Part shown: positions 1 to 12,936 of the stretch, in pieces
Layout of the letters: each line of letters starts with the position of its first letter
Position numbering within the stretch: the first letter of the stretch is position 1
Source: Octopus sinensis
Lineage: Eukaryota
Reading direction: 5' to 3'
Assembly: GCF_006345805.1 (NCBI RefSeq)
Contig: NC_042998.1
Coordinates: 144,956,001-145,020,000 of the forward strand
Length of the DNA: 64,000 bases
Notes under the pieces: model-generated
What the model was told of the DNA's origin: nothing
Seen by the model: only the letters and a program-made list of their open reading frames with translations
The model's database searches: none
Position numbers and translations under genes: made by a program

Positions 1-1191
1 TGAATTCATTATAAGCTCATTCTCTTCATTACACACACACACATAAAATTAAGAAAATGAACTTATATACCATCAAATATGTAGTCTGCATTAAGTTTCT
101 ATATATTTATTGTTTGTTAATATATTTGTGACAGTCGTGGTAAGAAATTTGCTTTGCTACCTCATAGTTTCAGGTTCAATTTCAACTGTGTGGAACATTG
201 GGCAAGGGTCTTCCATTATAGCCCTGATTTGGCCAAAGCTTTGTGACTGGAGCTGGCAGACAGACTGAAAGAAGCTTGTCATGTGTATGTGTATATGTGT
301 GTATCTGTTTTACTGTCTCCTTGCCTTTACATCAAGTGATAGTTGTAGCGAGTATCACCATCATATGTCTTTTGTTTCCAATCTTCCATGAAAAAACATC
401 TGACCATGGGGAAATATTACTTTACTCAAAAACAGGTGAGGGTGGGCCACAAGAAAGACATCCACCTCAACAAATTTCAATCAATGCAAGAAATCATCAT
501 TTTAACATTCACTTGGGAAAAGAGGATGTTAAAATGATTTCTCAGTAAGTTTAATAGATTAATTTGATTAATCTATGAAACTTTATTTTGAGAATATAGT
601 AAATATAAGTTGATGACCACAGTATGTGTGTGCAGTGTTTGGTAGTAAAAATTGTTAGAAATCAATGTAATATATATATATATATATAATTACTTGAGTT
701 AGAAACACTTTCTGACAATTGCAATAGGGTTCAGAAAAACATGATTTATTTATTTATTTAAATCATTTCTTCACATAGGCACAGGTACTGTTGTATGGGG
801 AAGGAGCTCATTTTGCAACCACAAGGTTTTGAGTTCAGTTCCACAGCATGGCATTTTGGGCAAGTGTCTTTGATAGATAGAAACCATGTGGAAGCCTGTC
901 ATACTTATGTGTGCATGTTTTTGTGTACATGTCATCTTCCACCACCACTTCTCAAGCTATTGTGTTTTGCTTACATCCCAGAAAAAGTATGGTAAAAGAG
1001 ACTGATAGAATAAGTACCACACTTAAAAAAAAAGAAGTACCAAAGATGATTTATTTGACTTAAACCCTTCGAAGCAATGCCTCAATATGGCTACAGTCCA
1101 ATGACAAAGTAAAAGAATAAAAGAACACACAACCAATCACTCACATACACACAGTCACACACATATGTATATATATTTATTCTCATATATA

Positions 1192-1450
1192 TCTATATAT
1201 AGGAGGTATTGGTATATATAAAGCTGAGAATGTGTGTGTGTCTGTATGTGTGCATCACTAAAACTCAAGAACAACCCAATGGATTTCATTCAAATTTTAC
1301 ACATGCCTTACTTAGAGTCTATGCAGTGTCATGAGCCAAGAAAATTTTCAACATCTTGCCTAATGCGAGCCTGGAGCAATCTCCAATCTCTTACACTATT
1401 TCCGTATAACGAGTCATAAGTGAAACAATACCGTAGGAAAACGACATGCA
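1192..1450 (+). mobile_element. Helitron-like 5' end fragment
   Basis: A|TCTATATATA start, then 'tatatataaagctgagaatgtgtgtgtgtctgtatgtgtg...atttcattcaaattttacac'. Same architecture as the Helitron 5' ends at 12937 and 14376. No 3' end seen. Confidence 0.45.
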
Positions 1451-1454
1451 GACC

Positions 1455-2190
1455 AGATACACTGGCCCGGGAAGAATTGTAATTCCTGAGTCAAAATCAG
1501 TGCGTGACCTGGGCATTGACATGAGCAATGATGCATCTTTCCAAGTGCATATTACTAATTTGGTAATAAAATGCAGACGACTAGCTGGATGGATTCTCCG
1601 AACATTCAGAACAAGAGAGAAGGAGACACTGATCGTCCTTTGGAAAACATTCGTCCTCAGCCACTTGGACTACTGCTCCCAACTATGGTCACCACACAAT
1701 ATAAAGTTAAAAGAACTCGAAGCAATCCAACGAAGCGACACTAAGAAGATCGTCTCAATGAACATATCAGCTACTGGGAAAGACTGAAAGTATTAAAACT
1801 CTTCTCTCTGGAGCGAAGGCGAGAGAGATATGCAGTGATATACATCTGGAAAATCCAGGAGGGTCTCGTCCTAAACTTTGGCATTCAAAGTTACCCCAAC
1901 AGCAGAACGGGGCGCCACTGCATGGTGCCAAAGATCCCAACATCACCATCAAAATACAGGACCAGATACTGCAACAGCTTGGGTTTCAGAGGACCACAGC
2001 TCTTCAATATCCTTCCTAAATGCCTCAGAGACCTGCATGGTATGGATGTGGGTTTCTTTAAAACTAAACTGGATCTCTTCTTGTCAGGGGTCCCAGATGA
2101 ACATACCTCTCGGCAGGAAACACAGATGCGGACAGTGGCATCGAACTCCCATGTTGATCAAGTGCTACGTATCAGAGGTGGTTTCACATA
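1455..2190 (+). pseudogene. CR1-clade LINE ORF2 C-terminal relic (frameshifted)
   Basis: Across frames: VRDLGIDMSND, WILRTF, LSHLDYCSQLWSP, (Y)WERLKVLKLFSLERRRERYAVIYIWKI, GPQLFNILP, FKTKLDLFL. These are typical CR1/L2-group post-RT motifs. Confidence 0.85.
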
Positions 2191-2750
2191 CTATGCCAGT
2201 GGTGTATAACCAACCCACTTATGAGTACCTTTCATTCACTTGACAATGAACTTTGCTTGCAAAGACCTGTTGAGGCAAGTGAAATCAAAATCGCTGATGT
2301 GGCTGATGACAGTACTGCCTGATTGGCACTCGTGCCAGTGGAATGTTAAAAGCACCATCCAAGCATGACCATTACCAGGGCCACTGACTGACTCCTGTGC
2401 TGGTAACAAGTAAAAAGCACCATTCAAGCATGATCATGCATCGCCTTACTAGCACACGTGAAAAACAACATTTGAGCATGGTTGTTGCCAGTGCCGCCGG
2501 ACTGGCTCCCATGCAGGTGGCACATAAAAAACACTTTTTGAGCATGGTCATTGCCAGTACCTCATGCCAATGGCACGTAAAAGCACCCACTACACTCTCG
2601 GAGTGATTGGTGTTAGGAAGGGCATCCAGCCGTAGAAACTTAGCCAGATCAGATTGGAGCCTAGTGCAGCCTTCTGGCTCGCCAGTCCTCAGTCAAACCG
2701 TCCAACCCATGCCAGCATGGAAAGCTGATGTCACACAACGATGATGATGA
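2190..2750 (+). mobile_element. RTE-3'UTR-derived non-coding retroelement with about 5 diverged structured units and a (GAT)n tail
   Basis: Contains 'aagacctgttgaggcaagtgaaatcaaaa', repeated 'gtgcc.gtggcac.taaaagcacc' units, the terminal block 'cactacactctcggagtg...ggaagggcatccagccgtagaaa...ccatgccagcatggaaagc' and a GAT tail. These parts are shared with 37464-38385 and 52659-53440. Confidence 0.8.
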
Positions 2751-3074
2751 AATTGAATGCTGGTTACAAGGTGCAATAAACTAGACTAGGAGAAAGGAAT
2801 AAAATATTAAATCTCAATGATGAAAGTGAGAGAAAAAGAAAGATGAAAACCCTCACCAAAAAAATATGAAGAAAAAAAACTATTAGAGGTATTCCAAGTA
2901 TGAAAGGAAACCACTACCACATATCCATCCATAATGTAACTTGTAAGCAATGATAATGTTTAAAATAGTACATAGGTATGAAGATAACTTATCTATAGAA
3001 AGCAAAGAACTTGGAATAGCATAAATAAGAAAAAGTAACTCCAGTATTCTCAAGAGTTCAGTAAAAGAAATTAC

Positions 3075-3211
3075 ATAGAAGCATGCAGGACACAGGGGGA
3101 TGGGATTCTAGCAGGCACAGACAAATTTAACTCTTTCATTTCAGAAGCAATTTACTCTGGCTTGTTTGATTGGATAACATGAAGCTGCTGCTGTTGGAAA
3201 ACTTTAACAAC
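3075..3211 (-). other. Candidate host exon (possibly UTR or start-codon exon)
   Basis: Minus-strand acceptor 'tttcattttagttctgttacAG|G' at 3211 and possible donor 'CTAT|GTAATT' at 3075, in non-repetitive sequence. An internal ATG frame (MKELNLSVPARIPSPCVLHAS) runs to the donor. No recognisable homology. Confidence 0.3.
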
Positions 3212-3317
3212 CTGTAACAGAACTAAAATGAAACTCACTATTTAACACTTGAAAAATTGCTAACATCCTGTTCTATTCTGTAGTGCTAATATCATTATTT
3301 TTATTATCATCATTATT

Positions 3318-3540
3318 AAAGCAGCAAGCTAGCAGAATCATTAGCATGTCAGACAAAATGCTTGGTGGTATTTCTTCTGGATTTACATTTTGAGTTCAAA
3401 TTCCTCTAAGGTTGACTCTGCCTTACAAACTTTCAGGATTGATAAAATGAAGTATCAATCAAGTACTGGGATTCAGGGATGAAAGTGACTTGCCCCTTCT
3501 CTTCAAAATTGCTGGCCTTGCACCAAAATTAAAAAGAATT
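3318..3540 (+). mobile_element. tRNA-derived SINE, family C
   Basis: A-box-like 'agctagcagaatcattag', B-box-like 'gagttcaaattcc', central 'gttgactctgcc..ctttcaggattgataaaatgaagta'. Related copies at about 9200-9545, 11030-11230, 16615-16765, 40340-40515 and 50080-50295. Confidence 0.7.
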
Positions 3541-3683
3541 ATTCAAATTGGCAAAATTTAGCCGATCTGGGCTAAACAACAATTTTCAAGAAATGGTGCA
3601 GCAGATTGACAGGTTTTGGTAAACAAGAGTTCACTGCGTGGTGTCACAACTTCACATCATTATTATTTAGTATCTATATTCTA

Positions 3684-4920
3684 TTGGGTTGGGAAACTAA
3701 GTTCCTGCTGTTTTTTTTAAATTTTGGAATCTATTTTTGAATCATTTTGGAATCTATTGTGTTTTTTTGGTTTTTTTTTTCCTAGTTAATTTTGGATAAT
3801 TTTTGTTAAATTTTCAGATCATTAAAATGGAATGTCAAGTTAAGAAAAACAAGGATTTTTGACACCTCCTTCTTTTTGCTTTTAATCAAGGTTCTAAGGC
3901 TGCAAAAGCTGCTCGCAACATTTGTGCTGTGTATGGAGAGGGTGCCATAGGTGAAAGAGCCACTCATGATTGGTATGTCAAGTTCAAAAATGGTAATTTT
4001 TACCTCAAAAACGAACTTCGTTCTGGTTGTCCAGTTGAGTTCGATGAAGAGTGATTAAACCAACTTTTGCACGAAAATTCTCGTCAAATGACAAGGGAAC
4101 TGGCAGAGAAAATGGAATGTTCCCACACTGCTATAGAGAAGCATCTTCACTTGATGGAAAGGTTCAGAAGTATGGAGCATGGGTTCCACATGCTTTAAGT
4201 GACAATAACAAAATTCAATGAGCCACAATCTCTGTTGGTTTGCTTGCTTGTCACCGCTCAACTCATGGACACAAGCAACGATTTCTTTAGCAAATTGTTA
4301 CTGGCGATGAAAAGTGGTGCCTGTACATCAATATGAAGCAGCATAAGGAATGGCTTAGCCCCGGTAAACAAGTGATACCGCGTGTGAAACAAGATCTTCA
4401 TCCGCATAAAACAATGTTGTGCGTATGGTAGGACTGGGAAGGAATTATCCACTACAAATTGCTTGAACAGAACCAAACGGTCAATGTGGAACTATGTTCA
4501 ACAGAGGGAACGGTTCAACATGGCTATTCAAGAGAAAAGACCTAATCGTCAGCATGGAGTTCTGCACGACAATGTCCACCCTAATATCGCCAATATGACC
4601 AAGGAAGCCATTCAAATGCATGGTTGGGAAGTGCTTCCACACCAGCCATACTCTCCTGATTTGGCACCAATGGATTTCCACCTTTTCGATCTCTTTCAAA
4701 TGCTATGCACAGAGTTTTGTTTAATTCTGATGCAGAATTGAGAGCTTCGTTGGATCAATTTTTAAGTCGAAATCAGGTGATTTCTACCAACGAGGTATTG
4801 AAAATCTTGTTGAACTTTGGAAAGAAGTTGTAAACAAGGGTGAATACATTATTGATTAATTAGTTATTTTTTATTAAATCTTTTAAAAAATATTAAATTA
4901 AAAAAATAGCAGGAACCTAA
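3684..4920 (+). mobile_element. Mariner transposon (mellifera-subfamily-like), inactivated; right TIR truncated
   Basis: Left end TA|ttgggttgggaaactaagttcctgctg; partial inverse 'aaaaaatagcaggaacctaa' at about 4900-4920. Transposase relic 3827-4859 with AARNICAVYG, RSG.P, WVPH.L, IVTGDEKW, HDN and YSPDLAP.DFHLF; multiple stops and frameshifts. Confidence 0.93.
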
Positions 4921-4924
4921 TATG

Positions 4925-5700
4925 TTGGCAGAGGTTGGACAGTTTGACAGGATCTGCATTATGCCCTACTATCTACTTTGGTATGATTTCTATAGCTGGA
5001 TGCCCTTCGTAATGTCAGTCCCTTTACAGTATGTACTAGGAGCTTTTTCATGGCACCAGCACGGGTGGGATTGCCATGTAGGTTGCAAGACTACATAACC
5101 CAAGTGAATCAGCTTTATGTTAGGAGATGAGGGGTTAATACATGAGAGAAGGGGCTAGAGCAAAATAAGTTTCTTGCTTTAGAGGAGCTACATGATTACT
5201 CACATTTTAGAAAAGGTGGGAAGTGATTGGGGTGGAGCTGGAAAGAGATAAAAGTAGGTCATGAGGTGCCAGGGTAGACCCTCAAGATATGAGGTAGATA
5301 GAAGAAATATGGAACATGGGTGGGTAGAGGTTGCAATAGTGTATGGGAGACTGAGGGATGGGGAATGGTTGAGGGATGTGTGAATATAATGAATGAAGAA
5401 CAAATTTTGAAGGTAGATGTAGTGAATGATGCATAAACAGTTGCGGTGGCATGAGGATGAAGAGCAGCAGAATAGTAATGATGGTACAGTAGACTGGGAA
5501 AAAATGGGAGATGACATGTGGTTGAGCAGGTTGCAAGAAGTTAGGAGAGAAAGAGATATGGTGGAAGAGGAGAAAATTTGGTGACTGGTGAGGTGGTGAT
5601 CAATGTAAAATATCAGTGAAGAGGACAATATAAGTATGAGAAAAATAAGTGTTACAACTTATATCCTCTTCCCATGTGGCCATGTTAGGACAAAGGGAAG
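4925..5700 (-). mobile_element. Old RTE-tail-type retroelement 3' region (single structured unit)
   Basis: Reverse complement carries 'gtgctggtgccatgaaaaagctcc...gaagggcatccagctatagaaa' after a pyrimidine-rich tract. Similar + strand copies at about 7050-7570 and 21240-21740. Confidence 0.55.
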
Positions 5701-7680
5701 AGGAATGGCATAGAGAGCTGAGCGATTCAGTATTTAGTTTTGAATTCAAATTTTGTCAGGGTCAATAAAAATATGGACATGCATTTGCTGGAATTAATTC
5801 AATTAAATATACCCACTCTACTACAAATTTGCAGGATTTTGTCAATATAAATCATTAAGACAAAAGGGACAACACAGAAGAAGAAAGTCCAATCAAATGA
5901 TTTATTCTATCCAGTTCGTAGTCTCTAACTTCTTTTATTTTCTTTTGTTTCAGTCATTGGACTTCTGCCACACTGGGCACCATCTTGAAGAGTTTTAGTC
6001 AAATAAATCAACTCCAGTACTTCTTTTTCCTTTTAAATCTGGTATTTATTTCATCAGTCTCTTTTGCCAAACTGCTAAGTTATGGCAATGCAATCAAACC
6101 AACAAAGACACACACAGGGGTATGTTAGTGTGTGTGTGTATAAAATCAGTGAAAATGTTAAATTATGGTGATATTTATACATATAATATACAAAAGGCTT
6201 CCACAGTTTTCACCAACCAAATTCACATACAAGTCATTAGTTGGCCCAGGGTTACAGTAGAGGATACATGCCCAAAGTAGGTCTAGACCTGAAACCACAT
6301 GGTTGCAGACATGGTTTGGGTAATTACTTCAGACCTATGAACAAGATCTCATAAATGAACTAACTCAGGATTAAGACATACAAATAAAGAATACCAGCAT
6401 ATTAGAAAAAGAAAAAACAGAAAATAGAAAAACAAACATGTAAAAAAAAAAACTAGAAATTCACACGATGTTTAAGTGTATGGAAATAATTTATGTAAGT
6501 TAAATGTTTGAAAATAAATTATTTCATATTTTAACTGCCTGAATATTGAAGATAAACAGTTTCCTTTTTTTAAAAAAATGTTTTAATTATACAAGGACAG
6601 TTACAGATGAATAACAATTCTCTCACATTAGTCTTGTGATAAATTAAAGTGATATTATTTAACCTGTACCATTGCATATTTCACACAGTATCAATTCTCA
6701 TTATAGCAGTTAATAATTTTACTGCATAGCTCTTAACCATTCACAATGTAAGGGAAAAAATATCATAAAAACCAGACATTTTAATACTTGTCCAGTTTAT
6801 CTCTTTATGATTTAGCACTAAACAGGTAGAAGTCAAACCTCAGTTCCAAAATATTCCATATCAAAATGATTTATAAACAAGGCTGTATTGATTAGCAGTC
6901 GTGGCTTATTTTTTATAAATTCTTAGTAATGTGAGAATTCCAGCACCAAACAGAAATCTTACATTTTAACTCCAAATTGTTTCTCATTAAAACTGAAATT
7001 CAATTTACAATATGTACTAACTGAAAACATAGAGCACAAGATAGATCACTTTTACCTACCCACCTGCCTGTATCAACATTTCTATTCTGCTATCCTCCCA
7101 CTGTCCCATTAGACATAACCTACTCCACCCACTCACTACAAGCACCCCTGCCCTACTTATTCCTACCCACCTTGTACTTCGAAGATCCACTCTGACACCT
7201 CATCACCACTTATGTCACTTTCCAACTACCCACCTCCACTTTCTCTTCTAAAATATGACTAATCATGAGGTTCCTCAGCAGCAAGAAACCCATTCTGCCC
7301 AGGCACTTTCTCTCATATATTACCCCCTCACTACACATACTCCTAGCATAAAGTTTCCCTTCCCTTACTTGTGGTTCATAGTTTTACAAGCAGCATAGCA
7401 ACCTCACTAGCACAGGTGACATGAAAAAGCACCCAGGACACACTGTAAAATAGTTGGCATTATGAAGGGCATGTAGCTGTAGAAATCATGCCAAACACTG
7501 AAGCTCACCAGATCCTGTCAAACTGTGCTACCCATGCCAGTATGGAACATAAATCTTAACTGATGATGAAAGAATATATTTTCCAAATGTAATTTTAGAG
7601 AAAGAGTATATTTATTTTTCATACATTAGTCGTAAAACACTTTTTTTTTCTATTCTAGCATGGGCTAGATAACTACCTAT

Positions 7681-8061
7681 TACTGGACAATAAACTTTGC
7701 TTGTGAAGACCTATTGAGCCAAGTGAAAGGAAAATCAAAATTGCTGACGTGGCCGATGATAGTACCGCCTGATTGGCACTTGTACAAGTGGAACGTTAAA
7801 AGCACATCCAAACGTGGGGTGTAACTGTCCCACTTATGAGTACCCCTTATTCACTGGATAATGAACTTTGCTTGCACGTAAAAAGCACCCACTACACTCT
7901 CAGAGTGGTTAGCGTTAGAAAGGGCAGCCCGCTGTAGAATCTTTGCCAGATCAGACTAAGCCTGGTGCAGCCTCTGGCTCACCAGTCCTCAGTCAAACCA
8001 TCCAACCCATGCCAGGCAAGCATGGAAAGCAGACGTTAAATGATGATGATGATGATGATGA
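7681..8061 (+). mobile_element. RTE-3'UTR-derived non-coding retroelement with internal duplication and (GAT)n tail
   Basis: Same blocks as 2190-2750, with 'ctggacaataaactttgcttg' / 'ctggataatgaactttgcttg' duplicated. Ends 'gcatggaaagcagacgttaaatgatgatgat'. Confidence 0.8.
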
Positions 8062-8890
8062 AGGATTGTTTTATAGCCAGTGTCCTTTCTGTTGCTAACC
8101 CTTACCTGTTCTTTCAAGTAAGGAATTTTTCCTTTTACTCACCTTTGAAAGTACAGAGCAAGCATATGACTTGTTAAAGAGATTCAGTACTTTTTCAAGT
8201 AATGTACAGAATATAAACATTCATACAGAAATACCTGCACAACATACATATACATAATAGATTTTGTGCAGTTTCCATCAACCAATTCACTCACAAGGCA
8301 CTGGGCAGTCTGGGGCAATAGAAAACACTTACCTGAGGTGCTGTACTGTGGAACTGAACCCAAGACCACAAAGTTAAGAACTTATTAACCACACTACCTG
8401 CACCTACCTATGTACCTTTTCTAAAAATACATTTACATTACTGACCTGACATAATACATAGAGTTTTTAAATACTTGTTTAAATATGTAGTAAACTGATG
8501 TCATACATGCTGGAAAATATAGTATATTTTTACATTAAAGAATATATCTTTTGTTATCTAAAGTATCACTTAAAATTAGACTGCACAAGTTTATATATAT
8601 TTTAGCGTTTTATTCACTAAAATGTCTAACATACAATTTTTCAACTTCATATGAATAAATATAATATTGGTAGGAGTGGTGTCAAACAGTATGTGGATGC
8701 ATTATTCAAATTTTCCCTACAGAAGTTTCTTTGTGTTTTGCACCTGTTAATGTCATTGGCAATACAACATGGTTTTATCTAAAATTGTATTTTCTGACAT
8801 TAACATTTTCTAACATTGATAATAATATTTTCCTAGCAAGTATTTTTTTTTTAGCCTTGTATGCTATACTTCAAGCATGTTTAAATACCC

Positions 8891-9101
8891 CAGGGTGCAG
8901 CAAAAAAATCTCCCACACACTTTACAGGTAGACAAACATTTCAACAGTAAATGTAGAGTGTGCACCAATCCAAACCATGTTGATAATTGAGATAAATGGT
9001 AAAACAGTAGCTATATGAAAACCCTGTTACTACCTGCCAAACTTCACTAGCAACACACCAATGGTCATGTAAATTATAGGAGGTTTTTCTGACACACCCT
9101 A
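8891..9101. mobile_element. Small Tc1/mariner-type MITE (degenerate TIRs)
   Basis: Left 'cagggtgcagcaaaaaaatctcc' versus reverse complement of right end 'tagggtgtgtcagaaaaacctcc'. A miniature relative lies at about 26490-26536. Confidence 0.4.
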
Positions 9102-10140
9102 CAGAAAGTTAAAATATTTATTTTGCTACTGACTTACAAGCTAGGTAACGCTATACATGTTCCTAACACTTCAAGTCAGAAAATGATGATAATAATAATA
9201 GTTTCAAATTTTGACACAAGGCCAGCAAGTTTGTGGGATTACATCAACCCCTGTGCTCATCTGCTACTTATTGACCCAGAAAACATGAAAGGCAAAGTTG
9301 ATCTCAGTGAAATCTGAACTCAGAATGTAAAGACAGAAATAATAATAATAATCCTTTTTACTACAGGCACAAAGCCTGAAATCTTGGGGAAGAAGGCTAA
9401 TTGATTACGTCAATCCCAGTACATAACTTGTACTTATTTCATCAACCCTGAAAGGATGAAAGGTAAAATTGATCTCGGCAGAATTTGAACTCAACGTAAG
9501 CATTTTGCCCAGTATGCTAACAATTCTGCCAACTCACTGCCTAATAACAACAATAAATAATAATGCCCTGATGCAGTACCAGTCACTGACTCTCATGGCT
9601 TCTGATCATAACTGATTGGAAAGTGTTATCTTGTACATGTTTTGTCTTGGTATAAAAGATGGGCTACAGCAAATATTCTGCTCAATACTACAGATTTGCT
9701 TGCCAATTGTTGGACCATAACCAGTTGAGCATGTCCCTTAGTGGCTGATGATATGTGCATCTCTGATCACAAGTAGAAGTAGTGAGGGAGCATCATAGCC
9801 AAGTGTTAAGAGGAATTCTTTGAGGTTTAATAATTCATCTTTGGAAACATGGGTGTTTTGTTCAACATCTTTAAACAACCCTTATTCAAGGTCCTTTTGA
9901 GTGGGATGGGCTACTTGACCTGAAGAAAATTCTAACTGGATCTCACCTGCAAGGTCATGTGCTGTTTATCTTGATATGAGATCACCATGTCATGCACATA
10001 TGGTTGTGATGCATGTGCCTAGTGTCCCCTTATCAGATGGGTAGTCATAATGGGTATACTGGCTTTGTATATTTTACTCCAGTATCACTTTGATGGCATA
10101 CACTGCTTTCTCACTCAATGATAATTTCAAATTTTGGCAA

Positions 10141-11024
10141 GTAGTAGTAGACATCAGTTGGCCTTGAGAGGCCATGGATCTGTGCCCAAAGAAATCATGT
10201 CAGCTGCTGATGGTGATGCAGTGTCTGGTGTGGCAGTCACGCATACAGTGACTGCATTTGAAAGAAATCCCTGCCAGCGCTACTGATTTTTCCTTCCACC
10301 AAGTGCATTTTCTTTAGTGACAAGTTCCTGTTTTTCTTCTGCTCTCTGCATTCCCTTTTGCAGTATTTACCTTCAGAGTGGGTGGTCATTTGCAACCTCC
10401 TCCCATCTCAAGACATCCAGATCAAATAACTTCATATCCTTCTTACAGACGTCTTTGAAATGAAGATGAGGTTATCCTCATGCACCTGTGCTGGTGGCCA
10501 ATTCCCCATACAGGTCTTTCAGGATCCTTCCATCTGGCATGCGATGAACATGACTGAGCCAGCACAAACGACGCTACTAGAGCAAGATGTGTATGCTGGG
10601 TTGGTGTTGATGTGGTTGGTTCACTTGATGACCAATATGCATTTCAAATTACAAAGGTGAAAGGTGTTGAGAGACCACTCCTGTCTAGAGTAGATGCTCC
10701 ATGTCTCACTGCCATAAAGTAGCATAAAGCAATTTACAGACATCAATTTTGGTGTTTGGCAGCCAGTTTTTAATTTTCCCAGACTCTCTTTGTGAGCCTG
10801 ACAAATGTGGAGGATGCTTGTCCAATTTGCCTGTTGATCTCAGGGTCCAGGGAGAGGTCATTAGCAATGGTAGAGCTGAGACAGGTGAATTGATGAACTA
10901 CCACTAGCTCGTAGTTGTTGACGGTAATGGTGGGAGCATGCTTCACATTTTAACCCATTACTTGAGTCTTCTTCAGACTGATAGTCAGGCTGAATTCTTG
11001 ACAGGCCTTTGAAAGTTTGTCCAC
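10141..11024 (-). mobile_element. RTE-clade LINE 3' fragment (second RTE family) inserted into a SINE
   Basis: Minus-strand translation LTISLKKTQVM, VVHQFTCLSSTI.NDLSLDPEINRQIGQAS, LLYGSETW. (CTA)n tail at 10141-10150. TSD ttttggcaa (10132-10140) / ttttagcaa (11025-11033) splits a family-C SINE. Confidence 0.85.
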
Positions 11025-11882
11025 TTTTAGCAAAAGACCAGCAATTTCAGGAAAGTGGGTAAGTCAATTACATTGACCCCTGTGATCAACTGGTACTTAT
11101 TTTATTGAACCCAAAAGGACGAAAGGCAAAGTCAACCATGCCAGAATTTGAACTCAGAACACAAAGACAGATGAAATCCCACTAAGCATTTTGCCCGGCA
11201 TGCTAACTATTCTGCCACCTTGCTGCCTTGATAATAAGGAAGTACTATCAACCAAAATCTAGACAGTTGACAAAGTATATAATAACAAAAAATATACATA
11301 AAATTCTGACACTCCTTTTATATTAAGAGAACAATACAAAATACATTAATGGCTAAAAACAGAAAATGACAAACTCAGACAGTTTACTGACATGCTTGAT
11401 AATCACATTAGCTAGTCATTGACAGAAAAAAAAAAATACTGCCATCCTCTTCATTCTACTCAGTTGAAAAATTTTGCTGTCTATCGACCACTCACATCAA
11501 AATCACAAAATTTGCAATGTTTGTGTATGATTAAATCTCCAATGAATCATTAGGAAACTGGCAGCATGGTAATGTTAAGAAAAACAACATTTTCACATTT
11601 TTTTTTTTAGCAAGTAATTTTAGAGCAGTTTTCTCCATTTATACAGTTAACACCCATTCAAGTTGTAAAGGCAGGATGGATGCAGTGTTTTTTTCGCAAG
11701 TGAATGCCTGCTTGATGCCAACTCTACTGTTAAAGAGAGTGAACTGCCTCATTAGTCATCATTTATACCTAAGTTGTCTAAAGCAATGCTAAAATTGCTA
11801 TGGCTGTGAAAATTCATCTCAATTGTCTTGTTAATTCAGTTTTAATAAATCTTCAAAATGAATTCTTTCTTTTGCCCACTCG

Positions 11883-11937
<55 letters not shown>

Positions 11938-11982
11938 ATCATTTTACAGCTCCTTTTCTATGCTGGTAGGAATTGAACAAGC

Positions 11983-11985
<3 letters not shown>

Positions 11986-12016
<31 letters not shown>

Positions 12017-12124
12017 CATACACACACCACACACACACATATACATATATATATTTATATATACATATATATATATACATACATATATACAAACACATAT
12101 ATATACATACATATATACAAACAC

Positions 12125-12157
<33 letters not shown>

Positions 12158-12468
12158 ATCATCATTGTTTAACGTCCGCTTTCTATGCTAGCATGGGTTG
12201 GACGATTTTGACTGAGGGCTGGCGAACCAGATGGCTGCACCAGGCTCCAATCTTGATCTGGCAGAGTTTCTACAGCTGGATGCCATTCCTAACGCCAACC
12301 ACTCCGAGTGTAGTGGGTGCTTTTTATATGCCAACACATACATATATATATACATATATACATACATACATATATACATACATACATATATATACACACA
12401 CATATACATACCTACATACATATATATACATACATACATACATATATATATATACATATATATATATA
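11986..12468. repeat. (TA)n/(CA)n compound microsatellite with a minus-strand RTE-tail fragment (about 12157-12335) inserted
   Basis: Direct sequence. The insert reads 'catcattgtttaacgtccgctttctatgctagcatggg...gtagtgggtgcttttta'. Confidence 0.9.
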
Positions 12469-12936
12469 GGGGAGAATTCACAAAAAAACAAAAGACAAAG
12501 ACAAGTAGTGTTGTAGCTGCCGATCTACATATACACACTCACACACATATCTATCTATCTATAGGTTCAATCCCACTGCATGGCATCTTGGGCAAGTCTT
12601 CTACAATAACCATCCGAGTAGATTTGGCAGGCAGAAAATATGAAAAACCCTGTCATATGTGTGCATGTGTGTGGACACCATGTGCTAATTGTAAAGAAAT
12701 ATTACCATCATATATGCGATGTCATTCACCTGCAATCAACCATAAAGACATATCTGGTCATTGTGCTGCTTGTGTCTAATAGACTTGGGAAAATATTACT
12801 TAGCTTAAAAACAAGGGTTGACAATGGGAAGTGCATGTCGCATTAGGAAATCTGCCAAAACAAATCTTATCTGACCCAGGCAAGCTTAGATAAGGGGACA
12901 GGGATATTAAAATGATGATCATATAATTCATAAATA

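Noticed and set aside
130-545. tRNA genes in A/B-box-containing segments
   Set aside because: These are degenerate SINE heads without a complete cloverleaf.
11858-12779. Y/I/H/T-rich ORFs (also at 52.4, 54.6, 57.1 and 62.6 kb)
   Set aside because: Translations of TA/CA microsatellites.
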